A program made the position numbers and the translations under genes. The notes under the pieces are model-generated. The model saw only the letters and a list, made by a program, of their open reading frames with translations, was not told the DNA's origin and ran no database searches. From an uncultured Syntrophobacteraceae bacterium (GTDB taxonomy: Bacteria > Desulfobacterota > Syntrophobacteria > Syntrophobacterales > Syntrophobacteraceae), in the NCBI GenBank assembly GCA_964538515.1, contig CAZIEW010000004.1, positions 10,583-74,582 of the forward strand: 64,000 nt of DNA, in the 5' to 3' direction. This document shows, piece after piece, positions 19,199-31,476 of the stretch; within the stretch, counting starts at the first letter, position 1, and the number at the start of each line of letters is the position of its first letter.

Positions 19199-19280
19199 GA
19201 CCCCCCTTTGATTCCCCCTCGAGGGGGGTTGGGGGGTGTTGGCTTGTCCGGCACAACTTCTTTGACCGAGTTACTAGTGT
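19199..19280 (-). repeat. Copy B of the conserved ~75-80 nt element
   Basis: Aligns with 884..958 in the same orientation. On the - strand: stem ACCCCCC/GGGGGGU around hairpin CCCCC-UCGA-GGGGG, plus AAUCAAAG. It lies 25 nt downstream of the MFS stop and ~45 nt upstream of the terminator at 19129..19158. Confidence 0.5.
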
Positions 19281-19305
19281 GGCATCATTCCTGCCTTACG
19301 GCCCC

Positions 19306-20640
19306 CTACTTGGCGGCCTGCATGGCCTGCGCGCCCTCGCCTGCGGCCATCGGACGCTTCGTGAGCTTACACACGATAACCGCGGCGACCAGGATCAGGC
19401 CTGAAAGATAGAACGCATAATCCAGGCTTCCCGTGGCATCCTTGATGAACCCAGCGGCCTGAGGCACGAAGAAGGCGATGCCCCAACCGATGAACACCAA
19501 GCCATAGTTGAATCCAAGGTTCTTGGGGCCGAAGAAGTCGGCCGTGAAGGCGGGCAGCAGCGAAAGACCGCCACCATACTGCCAGTAAGCGATACCCACG
19601 GCCAAGAAGAGCAGGAGAACGCTGCCGCTCTTCATAATGGCGGGCATAAGAAACAGACAGACCGCTGAAATGGCGCAGTTGAGCAAATATGCGTTGGTTC
19701 GGCCGATCTTGTCCGAGTAAAGTCCGGTACCGATACGTCCCGCAGCGTTCACAAAGCCACCGTATGAAGCCAGGAGCCAAGCATTCGCCGCGAAGAAGGC
19801 GATGCCCGCCGCCGTCTTGCTGAGCATGGGCGCTGCGTTGCCGATGATCAGCAAACCCGATTGCGACGTGCCAATGAACATGAAAACCAAAGCATAGAAC
19901 TGGACCGTTTTCACCATGTCCCCGGCCACCCAGTCGACAGCGGTCAGGCTGGTCTGAACTGGTGCACCGGCTGTGGCCTTTAGAGCCGAAGGAGGTGGCG
20001 GGGGAACATATCCGGGCTCCGGCCATGCCAGCAACTGTCCGGCGATGATGACCACGATGGCAAACAGGATGCCCAAACCGATGAAGCTTCCTGAAATGCC
20101 GTAGCTGCCAATCAGATATTTGGCCAACGGCGCGATATAGATAGCCGCGCCTCCGTACCCGCCAACCACAAGGCCCACGATGAGACCGCGTTTGTGCGGT
20201 CCGAACCACTTCACCGCAGCGGGGGTCGGCGCAGCGTAGCCGATGCCCATGCCCATACCACCCAGGATGCCAAAGCCGATCACGAGGCCGGTGTAGCTTT
20301 TCATCAAGCCGGAAATGATACAGCCCGCGGCCAGCAGCAAACCGCCAAGCGTGGCGCCGACTTTCGGTCCGTACTTGTCCTGAATACGACCGCCGGGAAT
20401 CATGAACAAGGCGAAAACAAAACCGCAGATGGCGTACGCCCAGGTGGCCTGCGCGTCATTCAGATAGACCCAGCCTTCGTTGATACCCGTCATCGCGGAT
20501 CCGGCAGGGTGGTCCTTTGAATAAAGGAGAGCCGCCTTCCACACGCTCCAGGCGTAGAGGATACCCAAACACAAGTTCACCGCCGTGCCCGCAAAAGTCA
20601 CGACCCACGCCTTAGTTGGAACCTTTTCAGGTGCTGCCAT
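19306..20640 (-). CDS. MFS transporter, oxalate/formate antiporter (OFA) family
   Basis: 444 aa, 12 TM. The N-terminal VVTFAGTAVNLCLGILYAWSVW signature is typical of OFA-type MFS proteins. Confidence 0.75.
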   Translation of the reverse strand: MAAPEKVPTKAWVVTFAGTAVNLCLGILYAWSVWKAALLYSKDHPAGSAMTGINEGWVYLNDAQATWAYAICGFVFALFMIPGGRIQDKYGPKVGATLGGLLLAAGCIISGLMKSYTGLVIGFGILGGMGMGIGYAAPTPAAVKWFGPHKRGLIVGLVVGGYGGAAIYIAPLAKYLIGSYGISGSFIGLGILFAIVVIIAGQLLAWPEPGYVPPPPPSALKATAGAPVQTSLTAVDWVAGDMVKTVQFYALVFMFIGTSQSGLLIIGNAAPMLSKTAAGIAFFAANAWLLASYGGFVNAAGRIGTGLYSDKIGRTNAYLLNCAISAVCLFLMPAIMKSGSVLLLFLAVGIAYWQYGGGLSLLPAFTADFFGPKNLGFNYGLVFIGWGIAFFVPQAAGFIKDATGSLDYAFYLSGLILVAAVIVCKLTKRPMAAGEGAQAMQAAK

Positions 20641-21320
20641 CTTTGTCTCCTTATGACTGTCTGTGTCGATCCGTATGAGATCAAAAAATGCAGAAAAAAA
20701 ACGAAATGACTTGGCTCCCAGCCTGTACTCGCCGTGTATGGTTGCTCACACACCGCGAGCAGATGAGTGCTTTTGAAACCGCGTTAAAGCACCATGTCGA
20801 GAATGAGAGATGAGACGCCGCGTCGGAGAATGAACTGGTCGACAGGAAAAGAGCAGGAAATTCAGCAGCAGAACCAGACCCTACGCACCCACCACCTATC
20901 CAATGATCCGGTCGTGTGGGTGCTTCGCAATTCCAGATGCCGATTTGTTTGGAGGAATGATGAAAAACTGCAACCGACACTCCTTACATGAGGAGCGCTG
21001 GACTCTGAGGCGTTCCCCTCCTTTCTGGCCGATTCGGTCGGCCTCGTTTGCGGTATCCGTTTCCCGTTAAACGACTTGCTTCACAACCCTGTGCACTTTC
21101 GCAGATGTTATGACATGCGCTCCGGAACCCTGTCAAGGGGAATTGTTATTGATTCTATATTGTTATGAAATGCACAAGGACGAACGGCGTCTCTGCCTCG
21201 TTTCGCTTCATGTGAGAAAAAGCTCAATATGAGAAGCGGCCATGCACCGGTGTAAGCCAGATAAAGAACGGCACAGAGCATTCCTTCAACAATCCTCATA
21301 CGACAGCGTTCACAAACTTT

Positions 21321-21740
21321 TTACCTATCCATTTGTTCATACGGCTTGAGATGCACGTGCTCGATTTCAGGCTTGAGGAAGAAGCGGCTCTCTTTCACCT
21401 TCTTTTCAAGGAAGCTGGTCGTGAAGACGGCCTTGTTTGCAGCTTCGAAACTGCTCAAGCTCTTCACCGCGGGCAGACTGACAAGAGCGTCGATACACAG
21501 CGCGTGGACAATCTCCATCTCCGCGTTGAGGGCGATGAGGTCCACCGGACGGTCTGCAATTCTCGGCGGAAGGTAGTCCGCGACAACCTTGAAGCCGGCT
21601 TCGGTGAGCCGGCCATAGAGATGGCACTGAAGCGTACGACGGACGGTGTGATCATTGCGATAGGGCTTGGGGATTCGCCGCCAGGCCTCTTCCATCGTGT
21701 CTTTCCACCGGTGCAGCTGTTCCGTGAATTGTTCGTCCAT
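21321..21740 (-). CDS. Hypothetical protein (139 aa), possibly with a nuclease-like alpha/beta core
   Basis: The ORF has reasonable composition and no recognisable signature. The RPVDLIAL...EMEIVHALCID segment is only loosely reminiscent of a PD-(D/E)xK core. Confidence 0.4.
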   Translation of the reverse strand: MDEQFTEQLHRWKDTMEEAWRRIPKPYRNDHTVRRTLQCHLYGRLTEAGFKVVADYLPPRIADRPVDLIALNAEMEIVHALCIDALVSLPAVKSLSSFEAANKAVFTTSFLEKKVKESRFFLKPEIEHVHLKPYEQMDR

Positions 21741-21982
21741 GGGGCCTCCATGCTATCGAGTAAGCGCCTGTGATACCAGCCTTGCAGCCAGCTTCGATGC
21801 CGCTTCCTTTAATGAATGATCCTCCATCTGTCAAAACCAAATTACGTTTGATGCCAGGGGAGGCTTGCGCTTGATTCGGCCCTGTGGTAGTTGCTCATCG
21901 AGCGCAGAGCCAGGCGAGTACGTCCGTTGGAGCCAGGTTCCAGCGGCGTTGAACCGTTGCCGTTGTCACAAAGAGATCTTTC

Positions 21983-22546
21983 ATGAAGGTATGGTCCACC
22001 GAACTGCCTGAAGTCATAATCGTTGAGCCCGATGTCTATCGGGACCCCCGCGGATACTTGCTCGAGACCTATCAGGGCAAACGCTATCCCGAGCTTGGAA
22101 TCCGTGCGTCCTTTGTTCAGGACAATCTTTCCTGCTCCAGTCGCGGGATATTAAGGGGGTTGCACTACCAACTGGGACGGCCGCAAGGCAAGCTTGTGAC
22201 CGTCATGCAGGGCAGGATTTTCGACGTTGCCGTGGACATTCGCATGGGCTCATCGACCTTCGGGCGTTGGGTGGGCATTGAGCTTTCTTCGGACGATCAT
22301 CGGCAAATCTACGTTCCGGAAGGGTTCGCCCATGGCTTCTGCGTCCTGAGTGAAACAGCGGTCGTCCTGTACAAGTGCACGGACTATTATGCTCCCCGTG
22401 AAGAGCGCGGGATTCTGTGGAATTGTCCAACCCTTGGAATTCCCTGGCCTGTCAGGGAGCCGGTCCTGTCAACGAAAGATGCCGCGCTGCCCACCCTGAA
22501 GGCCGCGAGCGAGGCAGACCTTCCTCGTTTTGTCTCCCGCGTCTGA
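21983..22546 (+). CDS. rfbC: dTDP-4-dehydrorhamnose 3,5-epimerase
   Basis: 187 aa; motifs DPRGYLLETY, RGLHYQ and QGKLVTVMQGRIFDVAVDIR are diagnostic for RmlC. Confidence 0.9.
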   Translation: MKVWSTELPEVIIVEPDVYRDPRGYLLETYQGKRYPELGIRASFVQDNLSCSSRGILRGLHYQLGRPQGKLVTVMQGRIFDVAVDIRMGSSTFGRWVGIELSSDDHRQIYVPEGFAHGFCVLSETAVVLYKCTDYYAPREERGILWNCPTLGIPWPVREPVLSTKDAALPTLKAASEADLPRFVSRV

Positions 22547-22592
22547 CATCACGCATCACACAGGATCCTGAGCGATCCGGGAGGGGAAGGTC

Positions 22593-23753
22593 ATGGCCCT
22601 CACGCTGAGCACCCGCATGGACTGTGTCGACCAGTCCGACATCCGGCGCATGACCCTTGAGTGCGCACGCATCGGTGGCATCAACCTGGCCCAGGGCGTC
22701 TGTGATACCGAGGTGCCCGCCGTGATTCGGCGCGCGGCTCAAGAAGCCATTGATTCCGGATACAACACGTATACACGCTACGATGGACTCGAAGAGCTGC
22801 GCAAAGCCATCGCCGCCAAGCAGGAGCGTTTTACCGGCCTGGCCTTCGATCCTGACGCCGAGGTCATCGTCAGCGCGGGAGCCACGGGAGCATTCTACAG
22901 TGCTTGCCTGGCTCTTCTGAGCCCCGGCGACGAATGCATCCTCTTTGAGCCCTATTATGGCTACCATGTGAGCACCCTGAAGGCCATTCAGGCAGTCCCT
23001 GTCTTCGTGAGGACATCGCCACCGGACTGGTCCTTTTCCCGGGACGATCTCGATCGGGCGTGCACCCCGCGGACAAAGGCCGTCATGGTGAACACACCGT
23101 CGAATCCTTCCGGCAAGGTGTTCCGCCGCGAGGAACTGGAAATGCTCGGCCGCTTCGCGGAGGAGCACGACCTCCTTGTGTTTTCGGATGAAATCTATGA
23201 GCATTTTGTCTTCGATGGCTTACGCCATACTTCCCCGGCGACGATCCCCGGCCTGAGGGAACGTAGCATCCTGATTTCGGGAGTCTCCAAGACCTTCAGC
23301 GTCACGGGCTGGCGCATCGGCTACTGCCTCTGCAGTGCCAAGTGGGCGGAAGCCATCGGCTACTTCAACGATCTCGTCTATGTGTGTGCTCCCGCTCCTC
23401 TCCAAATGGGTGTGGCCGCAGGATTGCTCGGCCTGATGGACGACTATTACACGGGTCTCCGAAAGGACTTCAGTGCCAAGCGCGAGAAGATCTGCTCCGC
23501 TCTGCAGGTGGCGGGGCTCAAGCCCCACATCCCCGAGGGCGCATACTACGTCCTTGCCGACTTGTCGAGACTCACGGGCCGCAGCAGCAGGGAAAGGGCC
23601 ATGGACCTGCTTCGACGCACGGGAATAGCCTGTGTTCCCGGTGCAGCGTTCTACGGGGACGATACCGGCGAGCTCTTTGGACGGTTCTCTTTCGCAAAAC
23701 GGGAGGATGTGCTTGATGAGGCCTGTGAGAGGATCAGGCGTTTGAGTCTGTAG
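22593..23753 (+). CDS. PLP-dependent aminotransferase, class I/II
   Basis: 386 aa; NTPSNPSGKVF, the PLP-lysine region SGVSKTFSVTGWRIGY, and a C-terminal RFSFAK motif. Confidence 0.85.
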   Translation: MALTLSTRMDCVDQSDIRRMTLECARIGGINLAQGVCDTEVPAVIRRAAQEAIDSGYNTYTRYDGLEELRKAIAAKQERFTGLAFDPDAEVIVSAGATGAFYSACLALLSPGDECILFEPYYGYHVSTLKAIQAVPVFVRTSPPDWSFSRDDLDRACTPRTKAVMVNTPSNPSGKVFRREELEMLGRFAEEHDLLVFSDEIYEHFVFDGLRHTSPATIPGLRERSILISGVSKTFSVTGWRIGYCLCSAKWAEAIGYFNDLVYVCAPAPLQMGVAAGLLGLMDDYYTGLRKDFSAKREKICSALQVAGLKPHIPEGAYYVLADLSRLTGRSSRERAMDLLRRTGIACVPGAAFYGDDTGELFGRFSFAKREDVLDEACERIRRLSL

Positions 23754-23789
23754 GCATCCTCTCCTCACCCGTTGGACCCCGCATGAAAG

Positions 23790-23821
23790 AAAGGCCTGCC
23801 CTGATCGGGGTAGGCCTTTTT
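23790..23821 (+). terminator. Intrinsic terminator between convergent genes
   Basis: Stem GGCCTGCCC / GGGTAGGCC (one G-U pair), followed by TTTTT and preceded by an A-rich run, so it may act in both directions. Confidence 0.65.
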
Positions 23822-23933
23822 GGTGATCGCGCCTTATACGAAGTAACATGCCAGCACGATGCAGATAGTCGGTCCCGTCGGGCACATCCCGGCGGGACCG
23901 ACAGCACGGGGAGCCGAGCGTCGTTCGGACGGG

Positions 23934-27092
<3,159 letters not shown>

Positions 27093-27550
27093 ACACTCTC
27101 CTCAGATCACCAACACCGTTTGACTCAGAAGCATGCCATCCCACCCCATTGTGATGCTGCTTTTCCCATCCCCAACCGGTCCCTGGAATCCAACTTCCCA
27201 AGAGTTGCTCCAAAGCTACCCCGGCCGGAAGATCCTCAACCAGATATGTTGTCCCTGCATTTGTGAGCTTCAGCACGTGAGGGTTGCAAAAACAGTGCTC
27301 GGCCGGGCCCCCACAGCTCCACCCTGGCCGCTGAAGCGGCCTTCCAATCAGTCTTCTTGTCATTTCAATCGATTACAGATACAAAAGATTTGGCTTTGCA
27401 GTCATCGTGCAAGCGCCGTCGTCGAGACGGGGAAACCGATAATTGCACATGAGCCGACATGATGGCTACACTTTTTGATACCGCCCTTGAACGTGTTGAT
27501 CGAGCACGGTGCTCGAGCTGATTCAACCGCGGAGAAAGTTTCTGGCGACG

Positions 27551-28903
27551 ATGGCCACGGTTCTCCTTGTAGAAGACGATGAAGCGCTGCGCCTCACGCA
27601 AAGCCTCTACCTCAGGCAGGAGGGCTTCGAGGTGTGGATCGCAGCAGACCGGACGGCTGCTCTGCAGACCCTCGAGTCGAGGCGGATCGACCTGGTCGTA
27701 ACAGATTTGCGGCTGGGGCATGATAGCGGTCTTGACATCATAAGGGACACGCGACAGCTGCAACCGAGCGCTGAGGTCCTCGTCATCACTGGCTACGGGT
27801 CGGTCGACTCGGCCGTTCAGGCCATGAGGGACGGCGCCTATGATTACCTTACCAAGCCCGTGGATCCCGAGCACCTGGTGCGAGTGCTGCTCAAAGCCCT
27901 GGAACGTCAGGGGCTTCGACGACAAGTCACGACGCTGCAAGATCAAATCGCCAAAGAGACGGGGCTCAACGAGATCGTTGCGGTGAGCTCTGCCATGAAG
28001 GAAGTGATTGCGAAGATTGAGAACGTTGCGCGGAGCGACGCGACGGTTCTGATCGAGGGCGAAAGCGGGACGGGCAAGGAGTTGATGGCGAGGCTCATCC
28101 ACGCGAGGGGCGATCGCGCAGGAGGCCCTTTTCTTGGAATCAACTGCGGAGCAATGCCGGAGTCCCTCTTGGAAAGCGAGCTTTTCGGTCATGCGCGAGG
28201 GGCGTTCACAGGGGCACATAAAGATCACAAAGGGCTGTTCGAGGCTGCGGACGGAGGTACGCTTTTTCTCGACGAGATTGCCGAAATTTCGCCGAGCTTT
28301 CAAGTGAAGCTGCTTCGGGCTCTGCAGGAGCGTGCGATCCGTCGTGTTGGCGGCACCCGGGAGATTCCGGTAAATGTGCGCGTGATTGCCGCAAGCAACC
28401 AGAACTTGAGCCAATTGGTTCGTGAAGGGCGCTTCCGCCAGGACCTTTTTTTTCGCGTTAAAGTGATTCCCATCTTCCTCCCACCCCTTCGGAGTCGGAC
28501 GGAAGACATCCTTCCCCTGGCCGACCATTTCCTGCACCGGCTCAGCGATCGCATGGGCCGTCGCAAACCGCAGCTTTCCGCTTCCGCTCAGCGCAAGCTC
28601 CTGGCACACGGATGGCCGGGAAATGTCCGGGAGCTCGAAAACACACTGGAGCGCGCCCTCATTTTCAACAAGACGTCCGCCATCGACGAGTGGGATCTGG
28701 TTGTGGAATCCTCTCTTCCAACAGCCGCCGCCCTGGACGATTCGAGCGATTCCTGGAGCATTTCCCTTGCAGACGCTGAAAAGCAGCACATCCTCATGGT
28801 TTTGGAGCACTGCCGAAACAACAAGGTGAAGGCAGCGGCGATTCTGAAGATCGGCTACAATACTCTTTGGCGCAAACTGAAGCGATATGGACACATTCCC
28901 TGA
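27551..28903 (+). CDS. Sigma-54-dependent response regulator (NtrC family: REC-AAA+-HTH)
   Basis: REC domain (VLLVEDDEAL...DLVVTDLRL), AAA+ domain (GESGTGKELMARLIH, GAFTGA, ESELFGH) and a Fis-type HTH at the C-terminus. The ORF is open from GTG 27509. Confidence 0.9.
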   Translation: MATVLLVEDDEALRLTQSLYLRQEGFEVWIAADRTAALQTLESRRIDLVVTDLRLGHDSGLDIIRDTRQLQPSAEVLVITGYGSVDSAVQAMRDGAYDYLTKPVDPEHLVRVLLKALERQGLRRQVTTLQDQIAKETGLNEIVAVSSAMKEVIAKIENVARSDATVLIEGESGTGKELMARLIHARGDRAGGPFLGINCGAMPESLLESELFGHARGAFTGAHKDHKGLFEAADGGTLFLDEIAEISPSFQVKLLRALQERAIRRVGGTREIPVNVRVIAASNQNLSQLVREGRFRQDLFFRVKVIPIFLPPLRSRTEDILPLADHFLHRLSDRMGRRKPQLSASAQRKLLAHGWPGNVRELENTLERALIFNKTSAIDEWDLVVESSLPTAAALDDSSDSWSISLADAEKQHILMVLEHCRNNKVKAAAILKIGYNTLWRKLKRYGHIP

Positions 28904-28917
28904 AGGCTTGCGAGACC

Positions 28918-30045
28918 ATGGCTGTTAAATCGACAGGTAGGGACCGGATGCGGGAGCGCCTCGCCGTTGCCGAGCGAGATCGGCTGCGGGCGATTCTGAA
29001 CAGCATGGAAGACGGCATGTACATCGTTGGGCGAGACTACCGCATCGCTTTCATGAATCGTGCGCTCCAGAGCGAGCTGGGCAATGGTGAAGGAGAGCTG
29101 TGCCACGTGTTTTTCGGACACGAGGAATCCCTTTGCGAGGACTGCCAGCACGGCATGGGCTCATTCGGCCCCGACGTGAAGCGTGAATGGCGCTCGCCGG
29201 TCACCGGCAAGACTTATGAGCTCGCTGTTTGCCCGATTCATGAGCCCGACGGTTCCATATCGCGCCTGCACATGCTGCGAGACATCACGGTGCGAAAGCA
29301 ATTGGAAGTGGAGCTTCACCAGCACTCGCAACAGCTTGAGGCCAAGATTGCGGAGCAAGCCGAGCGCCTTCGGAGAGGGGAGCGTCTGGCTCTCCTGGGC
29401 GAGATTTCCGCGGGGATCGCCCACGAGATCCGCACCCCGCTTGGGGCCATCGTCACCGGCATCAAGCTGCTGGAGAAAGGTTGCCAGGAGCCGGATTCGC
29501 AAAAGCTAATCTTTGAGCTGCTGACCCGCGAGACGCGGCGACTCGAAAAGAAGGTCTCCGAATTCCTGGAATATGCGAGGCCTCGCCTGCCTCAGCGTTC
29601 TGCGACGTCCCTTTCAAGGCTCTTCCATGAAATACGCTCCGTCCTCACGACGGACAGGACACTGCTCGGGTCGGTCGCTCTTGAAATCCTTGTGGACCCG
29701 GGGCTCACGGAATGGTCCCTCGATGGAGACCAAATCAAGGAAGCCGTGCTGAATCTTTGCGTGAACGCCCTGCAGTCGCTTCAAGGCGAAGGCCACCTGT
29801 GGCTTGAAGCGCGAGCAAACGGAGATCGACTGGATATCGCCGTGCGGGATGACGGGCCGGGCATCGGCCGTGAGGTTATCCCGAACGTATTTCGCCCCTT
29901 TTTTAGTCTCAGATCAGGAGGAACCGGTCTGGGACTGGCAATCTGCAAAGAGATCGTGGACGCCCACGGCGGCCGCATTTCGGTCTCGAGCATCCCCGGC
30001 CGCATGACGACCTTTCGCATCACGCTTCCTTCACACCCCATCTAG
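28918..30045 (+). CDS. Sensor histidine kinase (PAS-HisKA-HATPase), cytoplasmic
   Basis: H-box AHEIRTPLGAI, N box, G boxes DDGPGI and GGTGLGLAICKEIV, and a Cys-containing PAS domain. Sits immediately downstream of the NtrC-type regulator. Confidence 0.85.
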   Translation: MAVKSTGRDRMRERLAVAERDRLRAILNSMEDGMYIVGRDYRIAFMNRALQSELGNGEGELCHVFFGHEESLCEDCQHGMGSFGPDVKREWRSPVTGKTYELAVCPIHEPDGSISRLHMLRDITVRKQLEVELHQHSQQLEAKIAEQAERLRRGERLALLGEISAGIAHEIRTPLGAIVTGIKLLEKGCQEPDSQKLIFELLTRETRRLEKKVSEFLEYARPRLPQRSATSLSRLFHEIRSVLTTDRTLLGSVALEILVDPGLTEWSLDGDQIKEAVLNLCVNALQSLQGEGHLWLEARANGDRLDIAVRDDGPGIGREVIPNVFRPFFSLRSGGTGLGLAICKEIVDAHGGRISVSSIPGRMTTFRITLPSHPI

Positions 30046-30343
30046 ATCCAGTGGTCTGAGTGTTTATGTTTTAGCCAAATCCACCGCGATTCCAGCCCGG
30101 GCTGCTTTTTTTGGGAGATGAACCCCTCAGGTCAGCTCGATGGAGGGCCGATAGATAAACAGGGCCTTCTTTCGAGCATGAGAAAGCACCCAAGGAGCCG
30201 CTTGGCGGCCCTTCGGGCAGACGGGACGGGAAGTCGAAGCAAGTCCGACTGACACACGATGAACAAGAATGAGTGGGGCCTGCCGCGGAGGAAGACGGGA
30301 GAGGAAGGCCTGGCGCGCAGGAGGCTCCAGGAGGGGGTGGATT

Positions 30344-31204
30344 ATGAATGCTTTGATCAAGAGCACCTTAGGAGTATGGGTTGTCATGGCTCTGGCTTGG
30401 GGATGCGCATCGCCGCAGCCGCCTGCGGAGCCTGTCTTCGGGAGTGTTGTTCGGATGGCGGAGCCACCGCTGCCGCCGGTCGCCAGGCGGCCTCCCGTCG
30501 TTTCCCAAAAGGGGACAGCGAACAACCTCGGATGGACCGAGCGCGTCGTCACCCCTGAAGAGCTGGATCGTCTGGGAACCGAGGATCCAGATCTTAGCCC
30601 GAGCGTAGGGAAGCAACTGCTCGCCAGGCTGAATGTGATCGCCCCCTACTATATCGCCGATGCCGTCCGCGAGGGCCAGCCGCTCAAAGTTCCCAACGAT
30701 TTCTCAGCGTTCAAGCAGTGGACACCGCTCCCGCGCACCCTGCCTCAAGCGGCTTCCATTCCGAAGCTCATTGTGATCATCAAAGACTTGCCGTTTGTGG
30801 GGTGGTACCAGGACGGCCGTCTGGTGGGTGATACCTACGCCTGCATCGGAAAGATGAATTCGTGGACACGACCCGGAGTCTATCGAGTGCTGGAAAAGGA
30901 CATCGACCACATTTCGAGAAGTTACACCAACGCCTATGGCCTTCCGGCGCCCATGCCATGGGCACTGCGCATTTACGGGCATGTGTGGATTCACGCGGGG
31001 GACATCACCCAAGGATACTGCTCCCATGGGTGTATCAATCTCCCGGTCCCCATCGCGCCGAAGCTCTTTGAATGGGCATCCATCCAGACTCCCGTGGTGA
31101 TCGCTGAATCCTTGAACGAGCTTAAGACCGTCCTCGACAGAAACCGGGCCCGCTGTACCCTTTATGCCCAGGAGTGCGGTCATGACCAGAAGGACATGGA
31201 CTGA
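30344..31204 (+). CDS. L,D-transpeptidase (YkuD) lipoprotein
   Basis: Lipoprotein signal MNALIKSTLGVWVVMALAWG|C. Catalytic motif HGHVWIHAGD...GYCSHGCINL. GGAGGGGG RBS before ATG 30344. Confidence 0.75.
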   Translation: MNALIKSTLGVWVVMALAWGCASPQPPAEPVFGSVVRMAEPPLPPVARRPPVVSQKGTANNLGWTERVVTPEELDRLGTEDPDLSPSVGKQLLARLNVIAPYYIADAVREGQPLKVPNDFSAFKQWTPLPRTLPQAASIPKLIVIIKDLPFVGWYQDGRLVGDTYACIGKMNSWTRPGVYRVLEKDIDHISRSYTNAYGLPAPMPWALRIYGHVWIHAGDITQGYCSHGCINLPVPIAPKLFEWASIQTPVVIAESLNELKTVLDRNRARCTLYAQECGHDQKDMD

Positions 31205-31222
31205 GAGACCCTTGGTCCGTCT

Positions 31223-31254
31223 CAACGGGGGATCATTCGGGTGATCCCCCGTTG
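31223..31254 (+). terminator. Perfect 13-bp hairpin downstream of the L,D-transpeptidase gene
   Basis: CAACGGGGGATCA-TTCGGG-TGATCCCCCGTTG. There is no U-tract, so its terminator function is uncertain. Confidence 0.4.
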
Positions 31255-31398
31255 GGGAGTGCGGCTGGCTTTCAGTGCATCCCGTTTGTTCTGCTCAGCA
31301 GAATCTCGAGCCTGGCTCTCCAGGTCCCTCGTAGGAAGAACTGCGCTGTGCGATCCGATATCCTTATCGTCCGCAATCCTTGAGTCACTCAATCACCC

Positions 31399-31427
31399 TT
31401 GACTCTCATTCCTCAATTCAATAGAAT
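31399..31427 (+). promoter_or_regulatory. Near-consensus sigma-70 promoter (TTGACT-17-TAGAAT)
   Basis: -35 at 31399-31404 and -10 at 31422-31427, with an exact 17-nt spacer, ~50 nt upstream of ATG 31477. Confidence 0.55.
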
Positions 31428-31476
31428 CGACCTGACTTTACTACCGAGGGTTCTATTCACTAACCAAGAGGTCGCT

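Noticed and set aside
884-19280. The two ~75-nt direct repeats as att-like boundaries of an 18-kb island
   Set aside because: The enclosed genes (mrp operon, ilvA, ugd, helicase and others) look like core genes with host-like GC. No integrase or mobility gene is present, and identity is only ~80%. A structured RNA or REP-type explanation fits better.
19278-19293. Sigma-54-like TGGCAT-CATTC-CTGC on the + strand at the edge of repeat copy B
   Set aside because: There is no + strand gene downstream (the MFS gene is on the - strand). It is not conserved in copy A, and the -12 box is imperfect.
21108-21299. 63-aa - strand ORF downstream of the 139-aa hypothetical gene
   Set aside because: No Shine-Dalgarno sequence. 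It lies in an AT-rich spacer, and apart from one hydrophobic stretch its composition is unconvincing. Kept only as part of the non-coding-gap finding.
27365-28894. 509-aa - strand ORF covering the NtrC-type regulator
   Set aside because: Antisense shadow. The + strand product carries complete REC, AAA+ and HTH motifs.
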